Source: an uncultured Oscillospiraceae bacterium (GTDB lineage: Bacteria > Bacillota > Clostridia > Oscillospirales > Acutalibacteraceae). Taken from it: DNA of 50,116 nucleotides. The notes beneath the pieces were generated by a model. The model made no database searches, was not told the DNA's origin, and saw only the letters and a list, made by a program, of their open reading frames with translations. The DNA lies in assembly GCA_910588415.1 (NCBI GenBank), contig CAJUPK010000002.1:1-50116 (forward strand), written 5' to 3'. Positions within the stretch are counted from its first letter, which is position 1. Every line of letters begins with the position of its first letter. A program made the translations under genes and the position numbers. Below are positions 41,089 through 49,526 of the stretch, piece after piece.

Positions 41089-42042
41089 TTATCTTTTGAT
41101 GGGCGAGGAGAAGGGGTAGTCAATGACAATCCGCCCCTCTTGGACGTCGCCCATGCCCCCGTACAGGTCCGCTTTTCCGTCCGCCCGCATGACCAGCCCG
41201 GAGGTAAAGGTACAGTCCACCAGTTGGGGCCGCTTGGCCGGGCCAGCCGGATAGCAGGCCCGGGTGCCGATCACCTTTTTATTGCTGACCGCAAAGGTGA
41301 CGGGGTCAAACTCAAAGGCTGTGTTCATGTACACGGCCAGGGGTTCGCCCGCCTCCTGGGACTCTGTGTAGCTCTGGTGGGCCGCCACCCCCAGGCTGCC
41401 GTTCTCCAGCAGGTAGACCTGGTTGCAGCCTCCCCACTCCCCAGGGCCGAAAAGCCCCTCGATGGGCCGGGCAAGGGAAACCACCTCTCCGGTCAGCTCC
41501 TCCAAAGAGGAGATTCTGGCAAAGCCCACCAGGGAGGCGCTGCCGTACTTCTCCTCAATCTCCTTGCTTCTGGGCCGGGAGAACACCCCCAGCGAGCCGT
41601 CCGCCAGCTCTACCAGGCGGATGTCCTTCATCTGGTCCGGCCCGGTGGTGAAATACTCCAGGTCCTCCAGCTCCCTGCCCCGGTAGAAGTACCCATAGTA
41701 GGTGTCTATCTGGCCGCACTTCTTGCGCACATGGGTGCCGCCCATCACCAGCTCCCCGTGGAACAGGCTGATATAGGGGTCCTCCAGCTGATAGGCCCGG
41801 CTGCCCGGCACCAGGGTGTACGTGTCCGGGCCTGTCTCTTGGAACAGCCGCACCCAGGAGCCAGCCCAGACCTCCCGCTTCTCTACCCGGCCATATATAT
41901 AGGTCTTCCCGTTCCAGGAGAAGGGAATGGAGCAGTTGTACACATCGTACCCCTCCACCCCCTGGAAGCACAGGCTCACGCTCTCATATACTTTCTGGTC
42001 GATCTGGCGTTCAAACGCCGCCTTTTCTTCTTGGATTGACAT
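41089..42042 (-). CDS. DUF1861 family protein (MTP/GT108-like beta-propeller)
   Basis: GYDVYNCSIPF, GRVEKR, LEDPY, GPDQMKDIRLVEL, VFSRPR, EWGGCNQ, LYGGMGD; promoter TTGACA-N17-TATAGT at 42206-42234. Confidence 0.85.
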   Translation of the reverse strand: MSIQEEKAAFERQIDQKVYESVSLCFQGVEGYDVYNCSIPFSWNGKTYIYGRVEKREVWAGSWVRLFQETGPDTYTLVPGSRAYQLEDPYISLFHGELVMGGTHVRKKCGQIDTYYGYFYRGRELEDLEYFTTGPDQMKDIRLVELADGSLGVFSRPRSKEIEEKYGSASLVGFARISSLEELTGEVVSLARPIEGLFGPGEWGGCNQVYLLENGSLGVAAHQSYTESQEAGEPLAVYMNTAFEFDPVTFAVSNKKVIGTRACYPAGPAKRPQLVDCTFTSGLVMRADGKADLYGGMGDVQEGRIVIDYPFSSPIKR

Positions 42043-42491
42043 GGCAGCCCTCTCCTTGTCCTATGGATTCGGCCCGCGCCCGTTTCCGCCGGGGCAGGCT
42101 CTTTGGGGTGTTTCCCCTAAGCTGGCAAAAGTCCCCCTGAGATGGCTCTGCCAGCTCAAAAAAACGTGGGAACGCTTATGGAAACACACCCTGGCTTCTG
42201 CGCAGACTATATCACGGGCCAGCCTGTTTGTCAAGGCCTTTTCCGCAGATTGGGCCAGGGTTTTTTCCGGTATGGCAGGCCCGTCTGCTGGCTTTCCGGG
42301 TCCCTTCCCCTCTAAGGCCGCCCAGGGACAGCTTGCCTTTTTGCCGGGTTTGCGGTACAATAGGACGGACAACCCTTGAAAGGGGACTTTCCAGGGGCTG
42401 GCAGAGGCAAAAGCCCGCAGATAGGACAGCGGGGTTTCTGCCTGTCAAAGCGCCCTATTTTATACCAATTTTACACAAGAGAGGTATCGCC

Positions 42492-43667
42492 ATGAACGAG
42501 AAGGAAATTGCTGAGATCCGCCGCCGGTTTCAGCCCCAGCACAGCAACATCACCCAGGTACACGGCTGCTATGTGAACAGCCAGGGGGAGATCATCTCCC
42601 AGTTTGGCCAGTCCCTGGCCTCTGCCTCTGAGGAGGAAGCGGAGAGCATTTTATCCGTGCTGAAACGCACGCTCTCCGGCACGCTGGGCAAGCAGCTGAA
42701 CGACATTGTGTTTGAGACCCGCCAGGTGGCTGACAGCGATGAGCACCGGATGCTGATGGCCCTGCGGGGATCTGGCCTGAAGGACCAGGAGGCGGTGCAG
42801 GGCTTTTACCAAAGGGTAATTGACAGCCTGCAGATGGAGGGCCCCTACTTGATTCTGCTGGCCCACGACACCTATGATGTTCCCTACCGCCTGAAGGACG
42901 GCGCGCCCAATCCAGACGGCTCCAGCGAGGTGTACGCCTATATTCTGTGCAGCGTCTGCCCGGTGAAGGAGGCCAAGCCCGCACTGCGCTACAATGTGCC
43001 GGACAGCGTGATATGCAGCCGGGGTCCGGACTGGCTCATCTCTCCCCCAGAGCTGGGCTTTCTGTTTCCAGCCTTTGACGACCGCAGCGCCAATATTTAC
43101 AACGCCCTGTACTACACCCGTAAAACCGCGGAGAACCACCCGGAGTTCATCCAGGGCGTCTTCTGTACAGAGCCGCCCATGCCTGCGGACCAGCAGCAGG
43201 AGACCTTTCGGGAGATATTGGCCGGGGCCCTGGAGGAGGACTGCAGCTACAGCCTGGTGCAGGAGGTCCACGGCCGCCTGACGGAGCTGGTGGAGGAACA
43301 CAAGGCCAGTAAAAATCCGGAGCCCCTGACCGTGTCCAAGCACACCATGCGCGGGATTTTAGAGGCCAGCGGCGTGCCGGAGGAGAAGGCCCAGGCCTTT
43401 GAAGAGAAGTACGACGAAGCCTTTGAAGGCGGCGCGGTCAGCCCCAAAAACCTGATCAACGTGAAGGAGTGCGTGGTGCGCACAGCCAACGCCACCATCA
43501 AGGTGGACCCGGACTGCGGGGACCTGGTGGAGACCCGGCTCATCAACGGCAGAAAGTACATACTGGTGCGCGTGGAGGGAGACGTGGAATTTAACGGCAT
43601 CCAGGTGCAGTTTGACCGGGAGCCCCCGGAAGAAGAACAGGGAGAAACGCCGTCCCCAGAGGAATAA
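42492..43667 (+). CDS. DUF4317 family protein
   Basis: MNEKEIAEIRRRF, GCYVN, LKRTLSGTLGK, YDVP, GFLFPAFDDRSANI; promoter TTGCCT-N17-TACAAT at 42333-42361. Confidence 0.85.
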   Translation: MNEKEIAEIRRRFQPQHSNITQVHGCYVNSQGEIISQFGQSLASASEEEAESILSVLKRTLSGTLGKQLNDIVFETRQVADSDEHRMLMALRGSGLKDQEAVQGFYQRVIDSLQMEGPYLILLAHDTYDVPYRLKDGAPNPDGSSEVYAYILCSVCPVKEAKPALRYNVPDSVICSRGPDWLISPPELGFLFPAFDDRSANIYNALYYTRKTAENHPEFIQGVFCTEPPMPADQQQETFREILAGALEEDCSYSLVQEVHGRLTELVEEHKASKNPEPLTVSKHTMRGILEASGVPEEKAQAFEEKYDEAFEGGAVSPKNLINVKECVVRTANATIKVDPDCGDLVETRLINGRKYILVRVEGDVEFNGIQVQFDREPPEEEQGETPSPEE

Positions 43668-43676
43668 TCGACATAC

Positions 43677-43711
43677 AAAAAGGAGAGGCTGGACAAAGCC
43701 TCCCCTTTTTT
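43677..43711. terminator. Bidirectional terminator
   Basis: AAAAAGGAGAGGCT / AGCCTCCCCTTTTTT. Confidence 0.75.
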
Positions 43712-43774
43712 CGTCTCTTCTATAGCTGTCTTCCATTTGTGCGGGCAGCACAGTCCGGTCCCGCTGGGGGCCCG

Positions 43775-44383
43775 CTATTCCACGGGCACATCCCCGCCGC
43801 TCTCTATGCAGAGGTCCTCCCCTGCCCCAGAGGCTCTGTCCACGCTTTGGCTCTGGTCCTGATTTTCCAGGTCCTCCCGCTTCAGCTCAGACTTCACCTT
43901 TTCTTTTTCCTCCTCCATCATCCGCATCACCATAGCCATCATATAGGCTTTGGGGTCGTGCTCCAGCAGGTACTGTTCGTCCTGGGGCGGCACCTTATGC
44001 CCTTTGCCGATATTGGCGGCAATCTTCATGCACTTTTTCATCTGGTCCAGGGCTTTTTGCAGGGCTTTTGCCTGCTGGTCGTTCTGCTCCCGCATCTGGA
44101 TGCTCTGCTGCTGCAGAACGCTCAGCATCTGCTTCGCTGCCTGCAGCTTCTCCTTTTTGGCCTGCATCCGCTTTTCCGCCGGAGAAGCGGGCTCCTCCTG
44201 GCCCTGCAGCAGCGCCTTGGCCTCTTCCGACAGCTCCAGCCGGTCCTCCTGGGGCCGCTGGGACGGTTCCTCTGGCACAGCCGTCTCCGCTTTATCCCTA
44301 GGGGCCTGGGACTGGGCAGGCTGCAGGTTCCTCCCCAAACGAGTCCTGCTGGCCGCACGGCCCGTCCGCAGATCCAATTCCAT
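43775..44383 (-). CDS. Hypothetical protein with DRLELSEEAK motif and coiled coil
   Basis: GGGAGG RBS; host-like codon usage; contains the same I-x6-G-x9-YL-x3-DP-x-AY module as 35985..36782. Confidence 0.8.
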   Translation of the reverse strand: MELDLRTGRAASRTRLGRNLQPAQSQAPRDKAETAVPEEPSQRPQEDRLELSEEAKALLQGQEEPASPAEKRMQAKKEKLQAAKQMLSVLQQQSIQMREQNDQQAKALQKALDQMKKCMKIAANIGKGHKVPPQDEQYLLEHDPKAYMMAMVMRMMEEEKEKVKSELKREDLENQDQSQSVDRASGAGEDLCIESGGDVPVE

Positions 44384-44436
44384 ATATGCTCCCTCCCTCT
44401 TGTCAGTTATCCGCGCACACGCCCTCTATACTATGG

Positions 44437-44470
44437 ATATCGGCATAACCAGCGCAAAAATTAAGGCGGC
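44437..44470 (-). promoter_or_regulatory. Putative sigma28/SigD-type promoter
   Basis: TAAT-N15-GCCGATAT, close to the SigD consensus TAAA-N15-GCCGATAT. Confidence 0.65.
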
Positions 44471-44505
44471 GCGCAATCTTTTCGGCGGCTTCCAGAGGAG
44501 CCCTC

Positions 44506-44534
44506 TTGACTTTTCCCCTGGAAGCCGCTATACT
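44506..44534 (+). promoter_or_regulatory. sigma-A promoter of tRNA-Ser
   Basis: TTGACT-N17-TATACT. Confidence 0.75.
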
Positions 44535-44711
44535 ATAGGAAATGGATATTTCCTATCCATGGGTTTGGTGCGGGAAGGGCCGTTGTATTGCTTATGCCCC
44601 TTGGAGCCAGGGCGGCAGCTTTTGGGTCTTCTGCAGGGGCTCTGGGAGCGGCCGTGATGGGGCTGGCCTGAGAGCATGTTGTCTGTGCTGAGAACTGAAT
44701 CATTATTACAT

Positions 44712-44800
44712 GGAGACGTATCGAAGTGGTCATAACGGGACTGACTCGAAATCAGTTGTACCTCACGGTACCGTGGGTTCGAATCCCACCGTCTCCGCCA
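44712..44800 (+). tRNA. tRNA-Ser(CGA)
   Basis: 89 nt with long variable arm; ACTGA-CTCGAAA-TCAGT anticodon arm; GGTTCGAATCC; ends GCCA. Confidence 0.96.
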
Positions 44801-44920
44801 AGGCGGTTCGTACCGCGCAAGAGAGCTGCAAGGGAAACTTTGCGGCTCTTTTCCATAAAGGCCGGAGATGGGGAACGAGTTTGTCTTTTGCACGACAAAA
44901 ACGTAGAAGGAGGAGTCATT

Positions 44921-47452
44921 GTGAGAGGTTCAGAGTCCAGGCTGATAGAATATATGGAAGGGGCTAAAAAGCGCTTTGTCATCCCGGTCTACCAGCGGAA
45001 CTATAACTGGAAAACGGAAAACTGCAAACAGCTTTTTGACGATCTGCTGAAAATAATCCGGAATGGGAGAAAAAGCCACTTCTTTGGAAGCATCGTGTCG
45101 GTCTTTAACCCGGATGGCCGCTATACCGAGTTTCTTGTGATCGATGGACAGCAGCGGCTTACTACCGTGTCCCTCCTGCTCCTTGCCATGTACAACTTAA
45201 CAAAGGAAGGCGTGATTGTTCCCGCCACACCCTCCTTGACCCAGGAAATCTATGAGGGGTACCTTGTGGACAAGTTCCAGCCGGAGGAGACGCGCATCAA
45301 GCTCAAGCCGGTCAAGAATGACCAGCGTGCCCTGGGAAAGCTGTTTGAGGACAAAAAGGAGCACATCAAGGACTCCAACCTGACCGCAAACTACAGCTAT
45401 TTCTATGACCGCATTCAGAAACAGGAAATCACCATCGACGAACTCTTTGACGCGATTTGCCGTCTGGAGGTCATTGATATCCGGCTGAACAACGAGGATA
45501 ATCCCCAGCTCATTTTTGAGAGCCTCAACTCTACCGGCCTGGATTTGAGTGAGGGCGACAAGATTCGCAACTTTGTCCTGATGGGTCTACCTTCAAAGGA
45601 ACAGGAAGTCTATTATGAAAAGTATTGGAACCGCATTGAGGAGTGCACAGGCTATGATGCCAGCTCTTTCATTCGAGACTATCTCAGCTTAAAGCAGCAG
45701 TCCATTCCCTCACAGAAGCGCGTCTATGTGAATTTCAAAGAGTATGTGGAGCTGGGTAAAATGGAAACAGAACCTTTACTCAGAGAGCTCCTCGGGTATG
45801 CCCAGCGGTATCAGGTCTTGCTGAAAGGCGGCACCGCAAGCAAGGCTTTGAATGCTTGCATCATCCGTCTGAATCGTTTGGAAACAACGGTCACCCGGCC
45901 GTTTTTCTTGGAAGTCCTGCGTCTGCACGATGAGGGTACTCTGAGTATTTCAGAAGTCACGGAGATTTTTCTGATTGCCGAAAATTACCTGTTCCGCCGG
46001 AACATCTGCGATTTGCCCACCAACGCCCTGAACAAGATTTTCCTTATGCTGCACCGGGAGATCACCCGCTATGACGGCACGGAAAAGGATTATGTGGATA
46101 AATTCAAATACGCGCTTCTCTCAAAAAAGGAAAGGGCGCGTTTCCCGGATGACGAAGAATTCGGCGCAAGCTTTACGGAGCGCCAGGTCTACCAGATGAC
46201 CAACAAAAACAAGGTTTACATTCTGGAGCGCCTGGAAAACTATGGCACGCTGGAAGACAAGGACATTTATGCCCACTGCGACGATGGAACGTATTCCATC
46301 GAACACATCATGCCCCAGCATCTCACACCCGCGTGGATCAGGGAGCTTGGCGAGGACTATGAACAGATACACGAGCAGTGGCTGCATAGAATCGCCAACT
46401 TGACGCTGACCGCCTATAACTCTGCCTACAGCAACAGCTCCTTCCTTGAAAAGAAGAGCATGAAGAATGGTTTTGATGACAGCGGCCTTCGGATGAATAC
46501 ATATATCAGCAGAAAAGAGAAATGGACCCTGACAGAGTTAGAGGACCGCAGTCAGTATCTGCGCGGGCGGGCCATTGAGATCTGGGCGGCGCCTGTTACC
46601 ATTTTCAAGCCGCAGGAAAAGCAAATGGACACCTATACTTTGGATGATGACGAGAATTTGAGCGGCCGGACGATTATCCGGTTCCGCTACAAAAACGCCG
46701 AACAGCCGGTGACCAGTTGGGTGGAGATGTTCCAGAAGGTGTTTCAGATCTTGTATGCAGAGGACAAGTCCGTCATAACACGGCTGGCAGTATCCTACGA
46801 TGAAAACATCGGCTACCACTTTTCCATAGGCCCCCATGAACTGCTTAAATCGGTGGAGATCGGCGATGGGATTTATGTGTTGACAAATACAAGCACACAA
46901 AGCAAGCTTTCTGTCCTGAACCGTGTATTCAAGTTATATGACGCCGACCCTTCAGACCTTGTGTTCTATCTCCGGGATGAAAGCGAGGCCCTGGAGGATG
47001 AGAATGGCCCGCGTTATGCTCTGAGGAGGCAGTATTGGGCATACGCGCTGCCGATTATTAAAGAGGCCCACGGAGAAAACGGCCCTTTCAGCAATGTCAA
47101 TCCGTCCAGTATGAACTGGGTAAATGGGTTCTTTGGTGTTAATGGTTTTAATTTGTGCTGTGTTGCGAACTATGACTCTGCCCGGGTGGAGGTTTATCTT
47201 GGTCACGCAGACCGGGACGTTAACAAACAGACATTTGACGCGCTGATAAAACACAAGGGAGAGATTGAGTCTGCGCTTGGGATAGCCCTCCAATGGAGCC
47301 GTGGCGACGATATCAAGTCGTCAAAAGTGTACTATATGCTGAACAATGTAAGTATAGAGCATGAGGTGGATTGGCTGCAGATGGCTCGCTTTCACGCGGA
47401 ATGGAGCAAGAAATTCTATGATGTTATCGTGCCGTACCTATTGCGCACCTGA
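44921..47452 (+). CDS. GmrSD-like type IV restriction protein: DUF262 + DUF1524 (HNH) + SeqA-like + DUF4268
   Basis: IPVYQRNYNW, IDGQQRLTT, IFESLNSTG (DUF262); SIEHIMPQ, HRIANLTLT..YNS..SN..F..KK (DUF1524); C-terminal YW...ARVEVYL...EIE..LG..LQW (DUF4268); GTG start after AAGGAG. Confidence 0.87.
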   Translation: MRGSESRLIEYMEGAKKRFVIPVYQRNYNWKTENCKQLFDDLLKIIRNGRKSHFFGSIVSVFNPDGRYTEFLVIDGQQRLTTVSLLLLAMYNLTKEGVIVPATPSLTQEIYEGYLVDKFQPEETRIKLKPVKNDQRALGKLFEDKKEHIKDSNLTANYSYFYDRIQKQEITIDELFDAICRLEVIDIRLNNEDNPQLIFESLNSTGLDLSEGDKIRNFVLMGLPSKEQEVYYEKYWNRIEECTGYDASSFIRDYLSLKQQSIPSQKRVYVNFKEYVELGKMETEPLLRELLGYAQRYQVLLKGGTASKALNACIIRLNRLETTVTRPFFLEVLRLHDEGTLSISEVTEIFLIAENYLFRRNICDLPTNALNKIFLMLHREITRYDGTEKDYVDKFKYALLSKKERARFPDDEEFGASFTERQVYQMTNKNKVYILERLENYGTLEDKDIYAHCDDGTYSIEHIMPQHLTPAWIRELGEDYEQIHEQWLHRIANLTLTAYNSAYSNSSFLEKKSMKNGFDDSGLRMNTYISRKEKWTLTELEDRSQYLRGRAIEIWAAPVTIFKPQEKQMDTYTLDDDENLSGRTIIRFRYKNAEQPVTSWVEMFQKVFQILYAEDKSVITRLAVSYDENIGYHFSIGPHELLKSVEIGDGIYVLTNTSTQSKLSVLNRVFKLYDADPSDLVFYLRDESEALEDENGPRYALRRQYWAYALPIIKEAHGENGPFSNVNPSSMNWVNGFFGVNGFNLCCVANYDSARVEVYLGHADRDVNKQTFDALIKHKGEIESALGIALQWSRGDDIKSSKVYYMLNNVSIEHEVDWLQMARFHAEWSKKFYDVIVPYLLRT

Positions 47453-47454
47453 AG

Positions 47455-47991
47455 TTAAGAAGTCATACACAGAAACTCTGCTATCAGTTCCCTATATTTT
47501 TCCACTCCTGGTTTCCTCAACATCTCCGGCGAGGCACAGTAAGCAATAAACTCTGCTTTCCCACAGTACCGCATCCCGCCCACACTGACGCTGCTGATTA
47601 CCCCCTTCCGCATCCAATCCCCCACCCTTTGGGGCGCACAGCCAATCAATTCAGCGGCCAGCTTTGTGGGCAGGGCGTCAGGATAGTCGGCCCACTTCAT
47701 CGTCAAAAAATCTTGAAATGCCGCGCAATTCTCTGGCGTAGGCTCAATCAATTTCTTCCTCGGCTTGTAGATATCAGAATTAAATTGCCCGTATAGCTCC
47801 GACAGAAATTCCGCCTCAGTATCCATTCTGCGCTTAAACTCCTTCGCATCGCTTGCCTTTATCAGGAATCGATGCGTCTTTTTCCCGGTATCAATGCACG
47901 GAATATAATCGTTCTCCAGCAAATACTTCAACTTTCGCTTTGAGATATGCAGGTAACGGTACAACTCGTCTGCGCTGAGATACTTCGCCAT
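47455..47991 (-). CDS. Protein with two excisionase-like HTH domains
   Basis: YLSADELYRYLHISKRKLKYLLENDYIP and YPDALPTKLAAELIG...VGDWMRKG. Confidence 0.75.
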   Translation of the reverse strand: MAKYLSADELYRYLHISKRKLKYLLENDYIPCIDTGKKTHRFLIKASDAKEFKRRMDTEAEFLSELYGQFNSDIYKPRKKLIEPTPENCAAFQDFLTMKWADYPDALPTKLAAELIGCAPQRVGDWMRKGVISSVSVGGMRYCGKAEFIAYCASPEMLRKPGVEKYRELIAEFLCMTS

Positions 47992-47993
47992 CT

Positions 47994-49190
47994 TTACCCC
48001 TCGCTCTTATTATCAAAAATACCCGTGATAATATCTGCGCTGGCCTGTTTGCTGGCCTTGTCCAGATGGGCGTAAATGTTAGCCGTAGTGCTGATGTCAC
48101 TATGCCCAAGGAAGTTGGAAACATTGATAAGTGGTACATCGTGGCTAATGAGTATACTAGCCATTGTGTGTCGAAGGTCGTGATAGCGAATTTTGCGCAG
48201 CCCATACTTCTTGATGATATCACTAAAATGCTGTGTTACATACGATGGCCGAATCAGTCTGCCAAGCTGGTCGACGCACACAAAATCCATGTACCTTATA
48301 TCGTAACTTTTTCCGAACATCTTGCGGTAGACTTCCTGCTTTTCCCTCTCTGTTTCGAGCATTTCCCGAACCGGAGCCGGTAACGGTAATGTCCTTCTGC
48401 TGGATTTGTTTTTCATTTCTTCCACAGGCTCCACAATCTTTTCACCGTTACGCTCGTACTCAACGATTTTTGTATCCAACAGCACCGTGTTCTGCTCCCA
48501 ATCAATTCTCGACCATCGCACGCCGAGAGCCTCACTTCGGCGCAAGCCAAGCCCTCCTGCCAGTAGGATTGCGGGATAGATTGGGTCGGAGCGAGTAAGT
48601 TCCAACAGCGCTTTCAGCTCGTCCTCGGAGTAATTCTCGCCGTGAAATTTATTCTTCTTGGGCCTGTCCACCCGGTCGAAAGGATTGGCGTCGATCAGAC
48701 CATCTTTGAACGCCTGACTGAACGCTCGCCGCATTATGGCATGGTAATGGATAACCGTGTTGGCAGTCACGCCGTCAGCGAAGAGGGAATCGTAAAAGTC
48801 CTCGATATCTTTTGGCTGCAAATTACCAACCGTCAGCTTTGTTTTAGGCTCAAAGTACCGCCGGATTTTTCCATAAATCATGCCGTGATAGCTCTCATAA
48901 GTGTTGATTTGAATACTCGATTTAGCCCTGTTCAAGTAAGCACAGAGATAATCAAAAACCGAGAGACCGGCTGCAGGGTTTCCCCTGCGCACCAGGCTCT
49001 CGGCGTACTCGATTTCAAATTTGCTTACCACCTCTCGATAAGCTTTTTGTACCTTTGATTTCCCTATACCCTCCGGCAGGCCAAGCGCCCGCCAGACCGG
49101 TTTGGTTTTGCCATCCTCCTTGACTTGAATCACAGCATAGAGCCGCCCTTTCTTCGATTGCACACTGGCCGCAAATGTGTTTTTTGTCAT
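47994..49190 (-). CDS. int: Tyrosine recombinase / integrase
   Basis: GLRRSE (R), YHDLRHT (HxxR), LGHS, IYAH (Y); N-terminal arm-binding-like and SAM-like regions; start MTKNTF after AAGGAG, ATGA overlap with xis stop. Confidence 0.94.
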   Translation of the reverse strand: MTKNTFAASVQSKKGRLYAVIQVKEDGKTKPVWRALGLPEGIGKSKVQKAYREVVSKFEIEYAESLVRRGNPAAGLSVFDYLCAYLNRAKSSIQINTYESYHGMIYGKIRRYFEPKTKLTVGNLQPKDIEDFYDSLFADGVTANTVIHYHAIMRRAFSQAFKDGLIDANPFDRVDRPKKNKFHGENYSEDELKALLELTRSDPIYPAILLAGGLGLRRSEALGVRWSRIDWEQNTVLLDTKIVEYERNGEKIVEPVEEMKNKSSRRTLPLPAPVREMLETEREKQEVYRKMFGKSYDIRYMDFVCVDQLGRLIRPSYVTQHFSDIIKKYGLRKIRYHDLRHTMASILISHDVPLINVSNFLGHSDISTTANIYAHLDKASKQASADIITGIFDNKSEG

Positions 49191-49510
49191 GCCGATTTCT
49201 CCTTTCTGCCAGTTCTGCTGGCACCGCACACACTACCACAAGACCTGCCGGAAGTCCATACCGCACCCGCAGAGTTATCAGAACAGACACATTTTGGGTT
49301 CGGAGCACCTTTATCCTTATTGCGAAGGTAGGATATGAGAACGCTTTTGGAAACGCGGTTCTCTCGCCCAACTTTCACTGCCGGAATTTCACCTTGCCTA
49401 ATCAATTTGTAGACGGTCTTGGTGCATACGCGCAAAATTTCAGCCACCTCAGAGGCGGTCAACGCCTCCGGGTAGCTGGACAGAGCTTTTTTGTATTCCA
49501 TTTTTGTCAT
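49187..49510 (-). CDS. Excisionase-like HTH_17 DNA-binding protein
   Basis: YPEALTASEVAEILRVCTKTVYKLIRQGEIPAVKVGR; GGAGG RBS; directly upstream of int. Confidence 0.85.
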   Translation of the reverse strand: MTKMEYKKALSSYPEALTASEVAEILRVCTKTVYKLIRQGEIPAVKVGRENRVSKSVLISYLRNKDKGAPNPKCVCSDNSAGAVWTSGRSCGSVCGASRTGRKEKSA

Positions 49511-49526
49511 TCACAAACCTCCATAC

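Noticed and set aside
44535..44711. Riboswitch in the ~170-nt tRNA-Ser leader
   Set aside because: No known aptamer motif or terminator recognised
44726..44920. N-terminal extension of the GmrSD ORF
   Set aside because: Runs through tRNA-Ser and its terminator; RBS supports GTG 44921
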